Positions 37,215 to 64,000 of a stretch of 64,000 nt of DNA are shown in pieces. The first letter of the stretch is position 1. The number at the start of each line of letters is the position of its first letter. Source of the DNA: the human T2T-CHM13v2.0 reference genome, Homo sapiens. The notes below the pieces were generated by a model, which ran no database searches, was not told the DNA's origin, and saw only the letters and a list, made by a program, of their open reading frames with translations. The stretch lies in assembly GCF_009914755.1 (NCBI RefSeq), contig NC_060941.1; one strand, written 5' to 3'. Made by a program: the position numbers and the translations under genes.

Positions 37215-38340
37215 GCTATGATATTATGATACATATGTTGGTTTTCATCCACAGTTTCTGTCATAGAACACCCATAGTCCCTGTTATTTCCTAAGTGACT
37301 AAAACAATATACATATATTTTATTGAAATATTTGGCCTTTTATTCTTGGTTTTTGAAGTGGCTTCAGTACAGCTTCAGATCAATAAAAGTGAAAGATGGT
37401 CTTTTGTAATAACGTTGGGGCACTTTAAACCTCAGAAGCAGGCTTCAGAAAACAGAATCGCTCTCTGACCTTTTCTTGCCTTGCTTTTACCTGCTCCTTT
37501 TTCTCCCCAAGCAGGCAATAGAAACTAAAAATATACTCTGATCATCCCCCAACATTCTGTCTTGGAGCTGACAGCAAAGAAATTATCTGACCTACCTTGT
37601 CTGATTGGAGGTCATAAGACCCCCATTTCAGAAGGCATCCTGCCCTGTACTTGGGAGGAAAGAAGTTGCACAGAGAGGCCAAGAAGACTCTGAACAGAGA
37701 GGCCTTGCTAGGTTTCCCCACTCAGTCTGTTAGCATTAGGTCCTACTTTGTCCAATCATATTTCTACCCGGTTGTCCATGCTTCAGTCGTGACGGTCCAG
37801 TGAAGTCCTGGACCGGGTACAGAGAGCTTCCAGATAGCTGAACACGTGGAGGGTCCTGGAGGGTGGTGCACCCAGGGAGGGTATGAGAGCTCTGCACCCC
37901 TTCCCACATGCCTTGTTCTGTGCACCTCTTCATCTGTATTCTTTGTGCTATTCTTTATAATAAACCAGTACACGTGTTTTCCTGAGTTCTGGGCACAGCT
38001 TTAGCAAATTAATCAAACCTAAGAAGGGGGTCATGGGAACACTGACTTGAAGCTGGTTGGCCAGAAGTTCTGGATGAGGCCTGGCCTTACAACTAGTGTC
38101 TGAAGTGGGGGCAGTCTTGTGAGACTGAGCCCTCTCTCAGCCTGTGGGATCTAATGCTATCTCCAGGTAGATAGCATGAGAATTGAATTGGATTAGAAGG
38201 TGCTCAGCTGGTGGTATCTTCTGCAGAACTGATTGCTTCTTGTTGGTGGGGAGAAATCCCCACACATTTGGTCACAGAAGTCTACTGTGTTGATGATTGT
38301 GGTGTAAGAGCAGAGGAAAAGCAATTTGATTTTTCTCCAC
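37215..38340 (+). mobile_element. MER21-family solo LTR
   Basis: Characteristic segments gtcataagacccccatttcagaagg, ttagcaaattaatcaaacctaagaagggggtcatgggaac, ctccaggtagatagc, ccccacacatttggtcacagaag. Confidence 0.75.
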
Positions 38341-38821
38341 AAGGGGAAGAAAATGTTTCATGATTCAACTAATGATTTACCTTTCATTGTAAGGTTATCA
38401 TGCTCAAGTATTAATGTAGGAAGGCTTTTTTGATGCAGAGTGTGTGTGTGTGTGTGTGTGTATATACGTGTGTGTTTGTAGAGGGCTAACATTAAAAAGG
38501 GAAATGTAATAAGGAAGAAGAAATGGTGTTCTAAACTTAAAACCCATTTCATCTGCTAAATCGTCCTAGTGAAATACCAACTTTAGTTAATTTTAAAAAA
38601 AGTTTAGTTAATTGTAAAAAAAAAAAGAATCTCTTCATTATATTTTAAAAACCATTTATGTTTCCTTTTTCTGTAATTTATTCATATTTGTCCATTTTAA
38701 ATTTCAGTGTTATTCTTATTCTTGTTATTGATTTTTTAAAACGTGGTCTTTATATTTGAGTGAAATTAACCTTCCATCATGAGTTGGAGCATTTTTTCCC
38801 CAATATATACTTCTCTTTTGA

Positions 38822-39229
<408 letters not shown>

Positions 39230-39404
39230 TAACACACTTACACATAGATGCTTATACCCAAATATATATGTTTATAGATTTTAAAATGCTAATTATATTT
39301 AAAAGGCCTAATAAGTAGTTTCAGCAAAAGCTGTTATATATATGTATATAATGGACCAATTGCAGTTGGATCAATAAAGAACTGTAAGGTGTGTTATGAT
39401 CTAG

Positions 39405-39689
<285 letters not shown>

Positions 39690-39736
39690 TGAGCCACTGC
39701 TCCCGGCCCTGAAAAATGTTTCTTAACAATAACTAG

Positions 39737-39997
<261 letters not shown>

Positions 39998-40829
39998 TGA
40001 TCCTCCCACCTCGGTCTCCCAAAGTGCTGGGATTACAGGTGTGAGCCACCGTGCCTGGCCCCCAATCTTTAATTAAGAAGCAGGTGCCAGGCACAATGGT
40101 ATACTCCTATAATCTCAGCTACTCAGGAGGCTGAGGTGGGAGGATTGCCAGTGCTTGAGCCCAGGAGTTTGAGACCAGCCTGAACAACATAGTGAGACCC
40201 TTATCTCAATTTTAAAAAGAAAGAATTAGGTAATGATATGATTTTAATTTTATAGGTGTGGAAACGGAGGCTTAGAGAATTGAATAATCATATATACCTT
40301 ATAAGATTCTCTCATACTCCATTTTTAAAAGTTTTCGATCAAGTTTAAGTTGTATTGATACACGATATATAGTGAAGTGTCTATGTACAATGCTTAATTT
40401 ACATATATACATTTCCAATTATGAATATATTGCAAACTGTATTAGTGAATGAATTATTCATTTATCATATCAGTATTATATATTACTATAATATATAAAT
40501 ATACTAATTATATATTAGTATTAATGTAAACATTAATTTAGAAATACTTTTTTCTCCAGTGAAGCCTCCTCAGACTTCTCATATGCATCTTCAGTATTTA
40601 TGGGTTTCTACCCTTTAAACAATCTAACAGTTCCAGAGCAAATATTATCTTCTAAGAGGTTTGAGATAGATCCTTATTTGAATCAGTATATTATGTTGTG
40701 ACTGGAAATTTTATCCCTAGCCATGTCTCTATTCACATAACATTAGTAAATGTGATTTTTCATTAATATATTTCATATGAGTAGCATTAATGATCTCCAT
40801 GACATAATTACTTAGTCTGTTGCTTTTGA

Positions 40830-41060
40830 AGTGATTCATTCATTCTACAGATACTTACTGAACACACACTATGTGCCAGAAACTGCTAGCATTGGAAGTA
40901 GAGCTGTGAACAAAATCAAGCATCAACATTTCTGATATTTGAGAAGACAGGCAACAAGCAAATATGTGATGTAAAGTAGTGATAAGTGCTGTAAAATCAC
41001 AAGAGGGTATAGAATGAGGATTGTTCTTCAAGTTGATAGAACAGATCTTTAAAGAAGTGA
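40830..41060 (-). mobile_element. L2 3' fragment
   Basis: attcattcattctacagatacttactgaacacacactatgtgccag. Confidence 0.65.
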
Positions 41061-41084
41061 TTTGAGGCTGGGCGTGGTGGCTTA

Positions 41085-41847
<763 letters not shown>

Positions 41848-41981
41848 TCACTCTGTCACCTAGATGGGAGTGCAGTGGCATGTTCATGGCTCACTCCAGC
41901 TTCAACCTCCTAGGCTTCAGCAATGCTCTTGCCTCAGCCTTTGGAGTAGCTGGGACCACAGGTTTGTGTCACCACGTATGA

Positions 41982-42325
<344 letters not shown>

Positions 42326-43359
42326 GTTTTTTGTTTTTTTTTTTTTGATACAGAGTCTCACTCTGTCTCCAGGCTGTAGTGCAGTGGCACATCTTGGCTC
42401 ACTGCAACCTCCGTTCCCAGGTTCAAGTGATTCTCCTGCCTCAGCCTCCCAAGTAGCTGAGATAACAAGCATGCACCACCACGCATGGTCCACCCACCTC
42501 GGCCTCCCAAAGTGCTGGGATTACAGGCGTGAGCCACTGCGCCCAGCCCAGAAAGGAACATTCTTAAGCATTGAAGTGATTCTTGTCAAATTTGATTTCT
42601 ATTCAAATTTAGGAGCTGGGCCAGGCACGGTGGCTCAGCCCTGTAATCCCAGCACTTCGGGAGGCTGAGGTGGGTAGATTGCCTGAATCCAGGAGTTTGA
42701 GACCAGGCTGGACAACCTGGGGAAACCCCTGTCTCTACTAAAAATACAAAAGATTAGATGGGCCTAGTGGCACCTCACGCCTGTAGTCCCCAGCTACCCC
42801 GGAGGCTGAGGTGGGAGAATCTCCCGAACCTGATGGGAAAGGTAGCAGTGAGTTGAGATAGTGCCACTGTACTCCAGCCTGGGCAACAAAGTGAGACCCT
42901 GTCTCAAAAAACAAAACAAAACCAAAGAAATTTAGGAGCTAGCTTGTGATTGTAGAAATAATTTTGGCAATAGAAGTGAGGGAACTGAGTTGTAGTCTAG
43001 CTAGTTAACATGTGACAAACCATTAACTTTATATGTCTCATTTTCTTCATCTGTAAAATGAGGAAGATTTGATTAGAGGATTTATTAAAGTTCTTTTAAA
43101 ATCTGAAATTACAGTTTCTTAATTGGTTTTGTAGAGATTTTGGCTTTATAAAAATGTGTGAACCATAGTGACAGCAGAAACATTTGAAATCCTATATTTG
43201 GGTGATTCATAAAAGAAAGGAAGAATTATGGGCATCTTGCCTGTAAAATGTTATGTAATCTGAATCATTGTTACCCACAGCATCCTGTGACTGATAAAGG
43301 TACTCATGGCCACCTCTCCTCCCTTGTCTTTCTGTAGTACTTTCCTTTCTCCCCACCTC

Positions 43360-43960
43360 AATAATAGCTTTATTGATGTATAATTCACATACCATACATG
43401 TCATCTATTAATATTTAAAGCATACAATTCAGCGGTTTTTAGTCTATTTACAGAGTTGTACAGCCATCATCACAATCAATTTTAGAACACTTTCTGAACT
43501 CCAGAAAGAAAGTACCCTGCCTATTTCCCCTCTATCACCTAGCCCTAGGCAACTATGAATCTACTTTCAGCCTCCATAGATTGCCCTGTTATGGACAAAT
43601 ATGTGGCTGGTTTCTTAGTATAATGTTTTCAAGGTTATTTACGTTGTAGCATGTGTCAGCTATTTCATTTCTTTTTATTGTCAAATAACATTCAGTTGTA
43701 TGGATATACCACGTTTTATCTATTCCATCAGTTGATGGACATTTGAGTTGTTTTCATTTTGGGATTATTATAAATAATGCTACTATGAACATTTGTATAC
43801 AAACATTATGTGGACATGTGTTTTCATTTCTCTTGGACATATACTTAGGAATGGGATTGCTGTATCACATGATACCTCTGTATTTAACCTTTTGGGGAAT
43901 TGCCAAACTGTTTTCCAAAAGTGGCTGCACCATTTACATTCCCACTATCAATATATGCTC
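43360..43960 (-). mobile_element. L1M (L1MB-like) 3' fragment
   Basis: agctttattgatgtataattcacatacc...gttgatggacatttgagttg...ccaaaagtggctgcaccatttacattccca. Confidence 0.85.
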
Positions 43961-43986
43961 CAGTTTCTCTACATCCTACCTTATAC

Positions 43987-46263
<2,277 letters not shown>

Positions 46264-46509
46264 TACTTTTACCTAGCTCCATCTTCTATTAATTCAATCC
46301 AAATCCCTGAAGTGAATGGTCACAGATGATTTTGATATACAACCAGAGATCAAATAGGTATTGTGTTATTGAGGGCACAGAAAGAAAGATACGTTGATAT
46401 GTTACTATTGTTAGGTATAAAAGCACAAAGAAATAGACTTTCTGAGCTTAGTATATGTGGAAGAAATTATATACCAATCAATTGGTGAAGTACTAAGACT
46501 TTGATGAAT

Positions 46510-46960
46510 GAACAAATGAAAAGGAACAGATAATTCAAAAGGAAGAAAATGTAAATGACTAATAAACATGTGAAAAGATATTGAGCCTCCTAGTAATGAG
46601 AAATTTTTGCTTCTCATGTGAGCTGAAATTTTAAAAATTCCCAATGATATGGCTGCCTTGATATCGCTGGGGGGAGTATAAATCCATGTAATTTTTTTGT
46701 AAAGCATTCTGGCAGTATATCAAGAGCCTAAATATGTTCATGTCCTTTGACCCAGCAATTCTGCTAATAGGAATATATCCCAAGGAAAAGTCATAAATAC
46801 AGAAAATACTTTATGCCCAGAAGTGTCTGAGATATTACTTACGGTAGTAAAAAATTATAATTAATATATTTGTTCAACACTAAGGAAATGATCAAGCCAG
46901 GAATGATATATCTATATAGTGAAATATACTTAGCAATTAAAAGTGAGGTTTGCGAATTCT
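46510..46960 (+). mobile_element. Old L1M 3'-ORF2/UTR fragment
   Basis: ctttgacccagcaattctgctaataggaatatatcccaagg motif. Confidence 0.65.
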
Positions 46961-47262
46961 TAACCCTGTAAAGTGCTTATTATAATGTAAAATTGAAAAG
47001 AAGAATATAAAATTACATATTTAAGGTGGTGAATCATGTCTCTAAATGGCACAAATAAAATGATAATTATGTCTGGGTGTTGACATAATTGGTGATTTTT
47101 ATTCTTATTTATATCTTTTGTCTGATTTTCACAATTTTCCTACTGAGAATCTATTGAATTAATATAAAATTATTTTTAGAAAAAATTTAAATTGGAGATG
47201 TTTAGTCTTTTATTTCAGTGCTCTTGGAGGCCCTTTATGTGTAATTATTATAAAAATAAATG

Positions 47263-47716
<454 letters not shown>

Positions 47717-47734
47717 TTAACCCACAGATAGGAT

Positions 47735-48199
47735 CACAAATCTCAGTGGCTTATAACCACTGAGATTTCTTTCTTTTTTACACATGGGCCATGAGGACTG
47801 CTGATCATATGCAGCCATATCACCAACTCTGCTGGCTCCACTTGGCTCCCAACTGTCTTTCCAGGACTAGTAGTCAGCGAGCAGCCACTCTCTGTATCAT
47901 GCATGGCAGAGGGCAGAGGCTCAGGGATGGGGAGAAAGCTAGACCACAAAGACACATTTAAAACTTCTGCATGGCCAGGCGTGGTGACTCACACCTGTAA
48001 TCCCAGCATTTTTGGAGGCTGAGGCAGGAGGATTGCTTGAGCCCAGGAGTTCGAGACCAGCCTAGGCAATGTAGTGAGACCCTGTCTCTATAAAAAATAA
48101 AATAAAAAATAAAATTTCTGTGTGATGGTGGTATACTTGATGTCTACTCACATTTCATTGACCAAAGCAAGTAGCATGACCAAGCCCAAAGTCACTGGG

Positions 48200-48200
<1 letters not shown>
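47735..48200. mobile_element. Old MLT1-like MaLR LTR fragment interrupted by an Alu monomer
   Basis: aatctcagtggcttataacc and cacatttcattgaccaaagcaagtagcatgaccaagcccaaagtc motifs. Confidence 0.45.
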
Positions 48201-54080
<5,880 letters not shown>

Positions 54081-54739
54081 TCACAACATTTTGAACAATG
54101 TCAAATGTCATTGCTCTTTAGCGTTCCAAAATGACAATTTGAAACATTAGGATATAAAAGTTTGGTATGATTGGTTAATTACTTTATAGTCATGCCCTAT
54201 CTTTGATTTGTTAGACTTCCCATGCTTTAAATCTTGATATACGTAGGGCCTTTAAAATGGTCAACTAAAAAGTCACCATTCCTCTACGTTTTTTCATGAC
54301 TTGATTTGTAAAACACAGAATGGGATTACTGTTTTGCCATGCATCTGTATTTAGCAGATGATTACTAGATAATAATTATAATTTTTTATGTTATAAAAAA
54401 GAAAGTATATAAACTCAAAAAAGCTCACTTTTTTGTCTAAATTGTTTTTGCTCTTATACAATAGAATACATATTTAAGTTGTATTTTTATTTGCATTTAA
54501 TAATTTATTAATTAAATGTATTTCTTTGTCAGATTTCAAATGATTGAGGTGACTTGTAAGAATTTGTTTTATGCCCTGTTGCTGATCAAATCATTGGTCT
54601 TCCCTATAGCTCCTTACAAAATTATGCAATCAGTGTTCCATTTGGAGTAAACATTTAGTGTCTTATCTTGATAGAGTAATTGGCTACATTTCTCTTTCTA
54701 TGCATGAAGTTGTGTAAAAGGACCAATTCACATGTATAA

Positions 54740-54950
54740 TTGGCAGAGAGCATGGATTCTGGACTTAACATTTTATCCCATTCTCACTACTTACTAATTT
54801 TATGACACTGGACAAGTTATTTAGCTTCTCAGCCTCAGTTTCCTCATCTGAAAAAATGAGGACAATATCTACTTCCAGGTTTATAAATAGTTATATATAT
54901 TTTAAAAGCACTGTGCACAATAGCACATATCAGGCATTTAAGAATAAATG
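54740..54950 (+). mobile_element. MIR fragment
   Basis: ggacaagttatttagcttctcagcctcagtttcctcatctgaaaaaatgagg. Confidence 0.75.
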
Positions 54951-55239
54951 TTTGTTTCCTTTCCTGTTCTTATTTTCACATATTGGTAGTTTGAGACTAA
55001 GTTAATAACTTTTTAGGCAGTCACCCTAAACATGACTTTCAAGAGTTATTTTAGGATTAGTCTGCCTTTTACTTTAGTAAGTACTGTATTCTCTCCATTG
55101 CCAGGAGGAATATTTGAAAAAGGAAGGAATGATTTGAACATTGTAAATAGCTAACTGAATATAGTGTCTTGAGGACATATTTTTGGTAACTGTGTTTAAC
55201 ATCTCCATAAAAGTGTTTTTTATTTATCTTCAATCACAG

Positions 55240-55361
55240 GTACGGGAACCTTAAAGATAGATTTTGTTGGAGAGCTGAATGACAAAATGAAAGGTTTCTA
55301 TAGAAGTAAGTATACTACCCCTTCTGGAGAGGTGCGCTATGCTGCTGTAACACAGTTTGAG
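55240..55361 (+). pseudogene. NPEPPS-like exon 4 (TGTLKIDFVGELND...VTQFE)
   Basis: CACAG|, GAG|GTATGG; 122 nt. Confidence 0.95.
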
Positions 55362-55771
55362 GTATGGGTTATTCTTCTCTAAAATATTATTATTCTTAAA
55401 TTAGGCATTCTGACAAAGGTGTGTTTATTATGTGGGGTGATTATTTGAGGCTAGGTGCCCTTGGCCATGATTGTATTCACAATTTTAGAATTTTTATTTT
55501 ATATTTAGCCATTATCTCTATAGAAAGGAGGGAATTAAGGGTATGGGTTGGGGAATGATTATATACAGTTATACACACAGACATTCAAACACACGACACA
55601 TTTTGATACCTGAATTGCCTATATACTGTGTACCTTTCTTAAAATCATTCTCTTAGTATTTGACACCTATGGCTTTTCCTACAGTATTATTAGCTGTTTT
55701 CTAGAATTCCTTTCCTTCTTTGACATCTTTTGTTTATCTTACTGTAGTATCTGTGCTGTCTTTGATTTTTT

Positions 55772-55781
55772 TTCTCTCTCT

Positions 55782-55818
<37 letters not shown>

Positions 55819-55845
55819 CATATATATATACACACATATATATAT
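55772..55845 (+). repeat. Compound (TC)n(TG)n(TA/CA)n microsatellite
   Basis: Direct inspection. Confidence 0.9.
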
Positions 55846-56370
55846 TTGCTGTCCTACGTAGGCCAGGATGATTTTTATTTGTCAGGTATTTGCAAATTAT
55901 ATAAATTGTTTTGAATCTGCTAGTCGTATTTTTAAGTGTTAAATCTAATTAAATTTATTTCTATAAATTTCAGTATGGATAAAGAAACAATTCATGATAT
56001 CCATTCTTATGTTTCTGCCCATATCCCTATATTGTTTGCTTGTTTGGGATAACCTAAAATTTTTTATCCAGTTTACTACTAATTTGTTTTACCTGATGTA
56101 TCTTCTCTTTCAATAATTTTATGTTACCTTCTGTTTAGAATAATATTTGCCACAGATATTTAGGTTTAATTCTGTGTTTGAATGATTCCAATGCCTTTCT
56201 CTACCCACTTTGAACACTTCATCCTGGAATGGTTGGCTGATGTATGTCTCTAAACAATTTTTTTTTTAGGAGAAGGTATGTGGGTAATGTAATTCCTAAA
56301 CCTTTGCTTTTCTGAAAAATCTTTCATTTGCCTTTATACATGACCAGATTTACTGGGTATATAGATTTGT

Positions 56371-56910
56371 TGATGAAAAAAGGTAAAAAGAGCAACTTTT
56401 GACATCCAGAGGTTGTCTGGCACTCACAGCTAGCCCGTGTTATTCTCCCTATTAGACATAATATTACAGAATACCAACTTTAGACAAGGCTACTTGAGAC
56501 CATAATAAAGTGAGACAAAACAAGGGATCCATAATTTTGCCTAGGTACAGTACATACAGGATCACTATGCTACCCGCAAAATATCAAACATCTCCATCTC
56601 TCAGTTAAAATGAGTGACTACTGCTTCTTTACCAATTACGGTTTTAGATTTGCTCTAGTCTGGCCTCCGTATAGATAAGATTTATTGAGATACATACCCA
56701 TAGAATTGCCTCATAGGACTTCTTGCAGCACTGAATCTAGAGTGAATCCCTGTTTACTTAGACCCTCTTCCAAATCATGTAAACCAAATCCCAAATCGTA
56801 TAGTGGGTTCTTTCTTACATTCTTATGGAGACACCAGTGGTTCCCTGTGGTGTGAGTTCTCTCTTGCCATGAGTAATAGGCCCAGCTCATTCAATTGTAA
56901 GAGTAGTACA
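56371..56910 (+). mobile_element. ERV1 LTR (MER67-like)
   Basis: atgagtgactactgcttctttaccaattac...ctccgtatagataagatttattgagatac...cccaaatc resembles recalled MER67. Confidence 0.6.
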
Positions 56911-57512
56911 ATCAGCTTACAATTTTTCACTTTCAAAAGTCTGTGAATATTGTTTCCAAAGTCTTCTACATCTCACTTTTTCAAGAGGAGGGGTCACAGA
57001 CTAAAATGTTTCTTCTTCCTTTGTAGGTAAGATGTTGTTTCGTTTTGCTTTATTTTCTTCCTGCTTGCTTGTTAAATTATATCTTGATATCGAAAATTAA
57101 ACTGTTTTTTAAACCAGGTGTTCACTTTTCATTGATTTTTGCATAGTACTTGGTGAACCCTATTGATTTTTAGATTCAGGTAATTTTTCAGTGTGAAAGA
57201 GTTTTTCTGTTATATCTTCACTGTGATATCCATTCCATTCCCTTCTCAGTTAATACTCAGTTTAGCTCTAGTATCTGTCTCTCAAATTATGTTTAATTGC
57301 TTTTATCACTTTGTCCTTTAGATATTTTCAAACTTAAATCTTGTTATCTGTCATTAATTTCCTTTAGTATAAATTCATTTCTCTACTGCTGCTGCTTCTA
57401 ATTTAAATGCTTCTGTGCTGCCATTTCTTTCCTTATACTCTCCCTTCTTTTCAGATGTCTTTTTTATTCATTGATAGAATTCATTATTTATTTAATGTTT
57501 TTGAGAATGTAG

Positions 57513-60999
<3,487 letters not shown>

Positions 61000-61371
61000 C
61001 CTATTTTATTTTTATTAATAGTCATTTTCTCCTAAACTTATGTCAGTTGAAAAGTATGAAGCCCTTACTTAAATCATCCCAATGCCTGGCTTATAATAAG
61101 TATTCGAGAAAAGTCCATTCCTCTTTTCTCTCACAGGTCCTTGGTAGTTTTAACACTTCAGCCTCCAGCTTCTTAGTATGAGTGTTTTATCAGACCACTT
61201 TCCTTCTTAAAGACAGCATAAAAGCACTGGATGAATTGGGGTAGAGAAATAAGCCATGCTAGAATAGAAAGGGGGAAAGAGATGCAATAAAGCCTACAGT
61301 TTTTGGCTGGTATTTGCTCTATGGTATTAATGTAAACCTATTTAAATTTTTCTTTTTTTTCTTTCTTAAAG

Positions 61372-61572
61372 AATGTAATTGACCGGAAACCATACCCTGA
61401 TGATGAAAATTTAGTGGAAGTGAAGTTTGCCCGCACACCTGTTACATCTACATATCTGGTGGCATTTGTTGTGGGTGAATATGACTTTGTAGAAACAAGG
61501 TCAAAAGATGGTGTGTGTGTCTGTGTTTACACTCCTGTTGGCAAAGCAGAACAAGGAAAATTTGCATTAGAG
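61372..61572 (+). pseudogene. NPEPPS-like exon 6 (NVIDRKPY...GKFALE)
   Basis: AAAG|, GAG|GTAAAT; 201 nt; overlaps ORF 61414..61611. Confidence 0.95.
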
Positions 61573-62019
61573 GTAAATGTACTTGAAGAGGATTGTTCCA
61601 GCAGTCCATAACTCCAGGTTGGGGAATTTACATTTCTGGTCAATTATTAGTACAGTTATTTATAATTTAATCTGAAAGTTGTGCTACTTGGTTTATTTTT
61701 AATAGAATTTAGGAAATGCCAACCTTGGTGTTTCGTTATTTTACAAAATAATAATTTACGAGAATATAAGAGTGGAATTTCTCTAGGGAATGGGTTGGAA
61801 AATATGTAGTTATATTTTTCATATCAAGTTATAAATGGATTAAAGTTTGGCCATTGTATTCAAAGTTTGGAGCTAAGGCAGTCTTCGGAGGTAGGGCTCC
61901 CTGGGATTCATTTCTAGTAATTTAAGATACATTGGCTTGCAACAGGATTCCTTTGTGGGTTTCAATATGAATTATAATAACATATTTATTAGATGGTTAT
62001 TTTGTTTATACTTTTATAG

Positions 62020-62116
62020 GTTGCTGCTAAAACCTTGCCTTTTTATAAGGACTACTTCAATGTTCCTTATCCTCTACCTAAAATTGATCTCATTGCTATT
62101 GCAGACTTTGCAGCTG
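62020..62116 (+). pseudogene. NPEPPS-like exon 7 (VAAKTLPFYKDYF...ADFAA)
   Basis: TATAG|, G|GTAAAG; 97 nt. Confidence 0.95.
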
Positions 62117-62185
62117 GTAAAGTAAATTTCATTTTATTGCTGAATTGTAATAACTTTTTAAAATTTTGTGACTTTTGATGCAAGA

Positions 62186-62186
<1 letters not shown>

Positions 62187-62223
<37 letters not shown>
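62187..62223 (+). repeat. (TA)18 microsatellite in the 138-nt intron before exon 8
   Basis: Direct inspection. Confidence 0.95.
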
Positions 62224-62226
<3 letters not shown>

Positions 62227-62254
62227 AATAAATGTTTATATTTATTTTGTGAAG

Positions 62255-62288
62255 GTGCCATGGAGAACTGGGACCTTGTTACTTATAG
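62255..62288 (+). pseudogene. NPEPPS-like exon 8 (GAMENWDLVTY)
   Basis: GAAG|, AG|GTATGT; 34 nt; M1-peptidase GAMEN motif. Confidence 0.93.
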
Positions 62289-63140
62289 GTATGTTAATGA
62301 TGTATTACCCTGCCTTATCTTTTCAAATCACTGATTTCAAAAGGGCTTCCCTCCTAATCACAGTTGAGTAGCTTCTGCTTTACGATATGGTGTAAATTTT
62401 TCTACCTTCCCCCACTTCCATGCACATTTCAAGAATGCAGATGGACACCTCTCCCTTTGGTGCTACTGTCTGAGGGTGTAAGATTTTAAAGTGAGCATCT
62501 GGCGGTAGTAGCATTTTTAGATATATTCTTGGCTAAGTTTCTCATTGCAGTGCCTTTCTTTCCTGCCAGTAGTTTCACAGCTATTTATCCAGCTTGGAGA
62601 ACCTTCCCTAATTTCATATCTTCTAGCCAAGTTTTTACATGTCTGTCACCACAACATAAACATGTGAGTTGAATAACTTTTAAAAGCAGAGTCTGTCTGT
62701 AAACAAGTTTTTGCCTTCTACTTTCAATTGCCTTCTTAGATGAGCTAAGTGTTGAACGGCCGGCTCAGTGCTGTTTTTGGGACTATGGAATGCATCTTCC
62801 TCCACCACTCCCCTCATTTAATGAAAGGACTTTCTTCTCTCTCCATCTAGCACAGTAATCGCTAATCCCTTAGACAATGTTTTCCCAAAATTTCAGGCAG
62901 CTATTCTATCAACAAACTGATAATTAAACTTGTGTCACATCTTTGATATTCTGTTGTATTAATTCTGTTGGGGTAGTCTTTAATCTTCGTGAAACTTTTT
63001 CTTTCCATATTAGGAAATATTTTCCTAATATCTCTAAAGCCTAACTTGTCCATCTGACTTACTGTCTGAATCTTCCCAACTTATGCATGCCCACTTTTAT
63101 TGTTTAAATTTGTTTCTTTTTTTTTTTTTTTTAAACATAG

Positions 63141-63255
63141 GGAGACTGCATTGCTTATTGATCCAAAAAATTCCTGTTCTTCATCCCGCCAGTGGGTTGC
63201 TCTGGTTGTGGGACATGAACTTGCCCATCAATGGTTTGGAAATCTTGTTACTATG
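63141..63255 (+). pseudogene. NPEPPS-like exon 9 (ETALL...[14 protein letters not shown])
   Basis: CATAG|, ATG|GTATTT; HEXXH zinc motif at 63214-63228. Confidence 0.95.
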
Positions 63256-64000
63256 GTATTTAATATTTTTAAGTGCTCAAATATATTTATCTTCATCCTA
63301 CTCCACATTATTTTGGCTACATAGTATTTCAAGTTTGGCTGCAACACTGTGCCAAAAAATAATTGAGTGATAGAAAAGTATTATTTTAAAAGGTCCACTT
63401 TGAAAGGGCTTATCAGAATCTCTGCATTGAACAAGGGCATATGGACAGTCTTTATTCAACAGACACTTCCTAAACTGTTCTAAAATTTGTCTGCAAATGG
63501 GAAAAGTCAAGATACTAATTTGGGTGAGAGGAAAAGATTCCTCTTAGGTGTAGATGAATGAATCATGCAGTGAGATTCCAGGCTAACTGTAGTTTCTTGA
63601 ATCTTATTTGTTAATCTGACTCACAGCTGAAAAGTAACCTGATGAATAACAGACTGATCTTTAATTAGAGAGAAATGTTTTTAGGAGTCAGTTTTTTCAT
63701 TGCCTAAAATGTTAAGTTGAAATTTAATGAAATAAAAGTAAACAAACTGCAGAGTGACTGCAGAATAAAGCTGTATTAAAATTCCAGCTGTTCTGTTGAA
63801 ATCCTTATAATGTTTGCAGTAATGATCTCTGTCCTTCAGTCCTGATTTTTCACTCTTACTCTAAGTAAATACTATTTATGAATGCCAACTGTGTTAGAGC
63901 TTGGGAGCACAGGATTTAATAAGTGAACTAGATGTACCTCTGCAATTAAATAACTGGATATTCTGGAGCCAGCTAGATTCCCTGACATTTTAGGCTGCCA

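Noticed and set aside
40470-40540. AT-rich hairpin atactaat-tatat-attagtat
   Set aside because: Expected by chance in low-complexity TA-rich sequence.

Overview
Human (hominoid) genomic DNA from the chr17 TBC1D3 segmental-duplication clusters, in two blocks that meet abruptly at about 14,215. (1) 1-14.2 kb is GC-rich and almost Alu-free. It carries a complete minus-strand TBC1D3 paralogue: non-coding exon 1, 13 coding exons with GT-AG boundaries, and a polyA signal at 1579-1584. The penultimate exon is 152 nt instead of the 153 nt needed to keep frame. This 1-bp deletion near 3532 turns the 549-aa product into a predicted 346-aa protein with an intact TBC domain, and the stop lies only 39 nt before the last junction, so it may escape NMD. 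(2) 14.2-64 kb is AT-rich and very Alu-dense. It is a plus-strand partial duplicate of NPEPPS (puromycin-sensitive aminopeptidase; NPEPPSP1/PSAL-like) with exons 2-9 in frame and intact splice sites, GAMEN and HELAH motifs, three substitutions versus the parent and no exon 1, pointing away from TBC1D3. Other content: about 65-70 Alus, a Y3 RNA retrocopy, MER2 and MER44 DNA transposons, MER21/MER67/MaLR LTRs, L1/L2/MIR relics and microsatellites. Reference proteins and repeat families were recognised from memory, not by database search, and repeat boundaries are approximate. I found no evidence of a wholly new system. The best leads are the frameshifted, possibly NMD-escaping TBC1D3 allele, the duplicon junction and the headless divergent NPEPPS copy.
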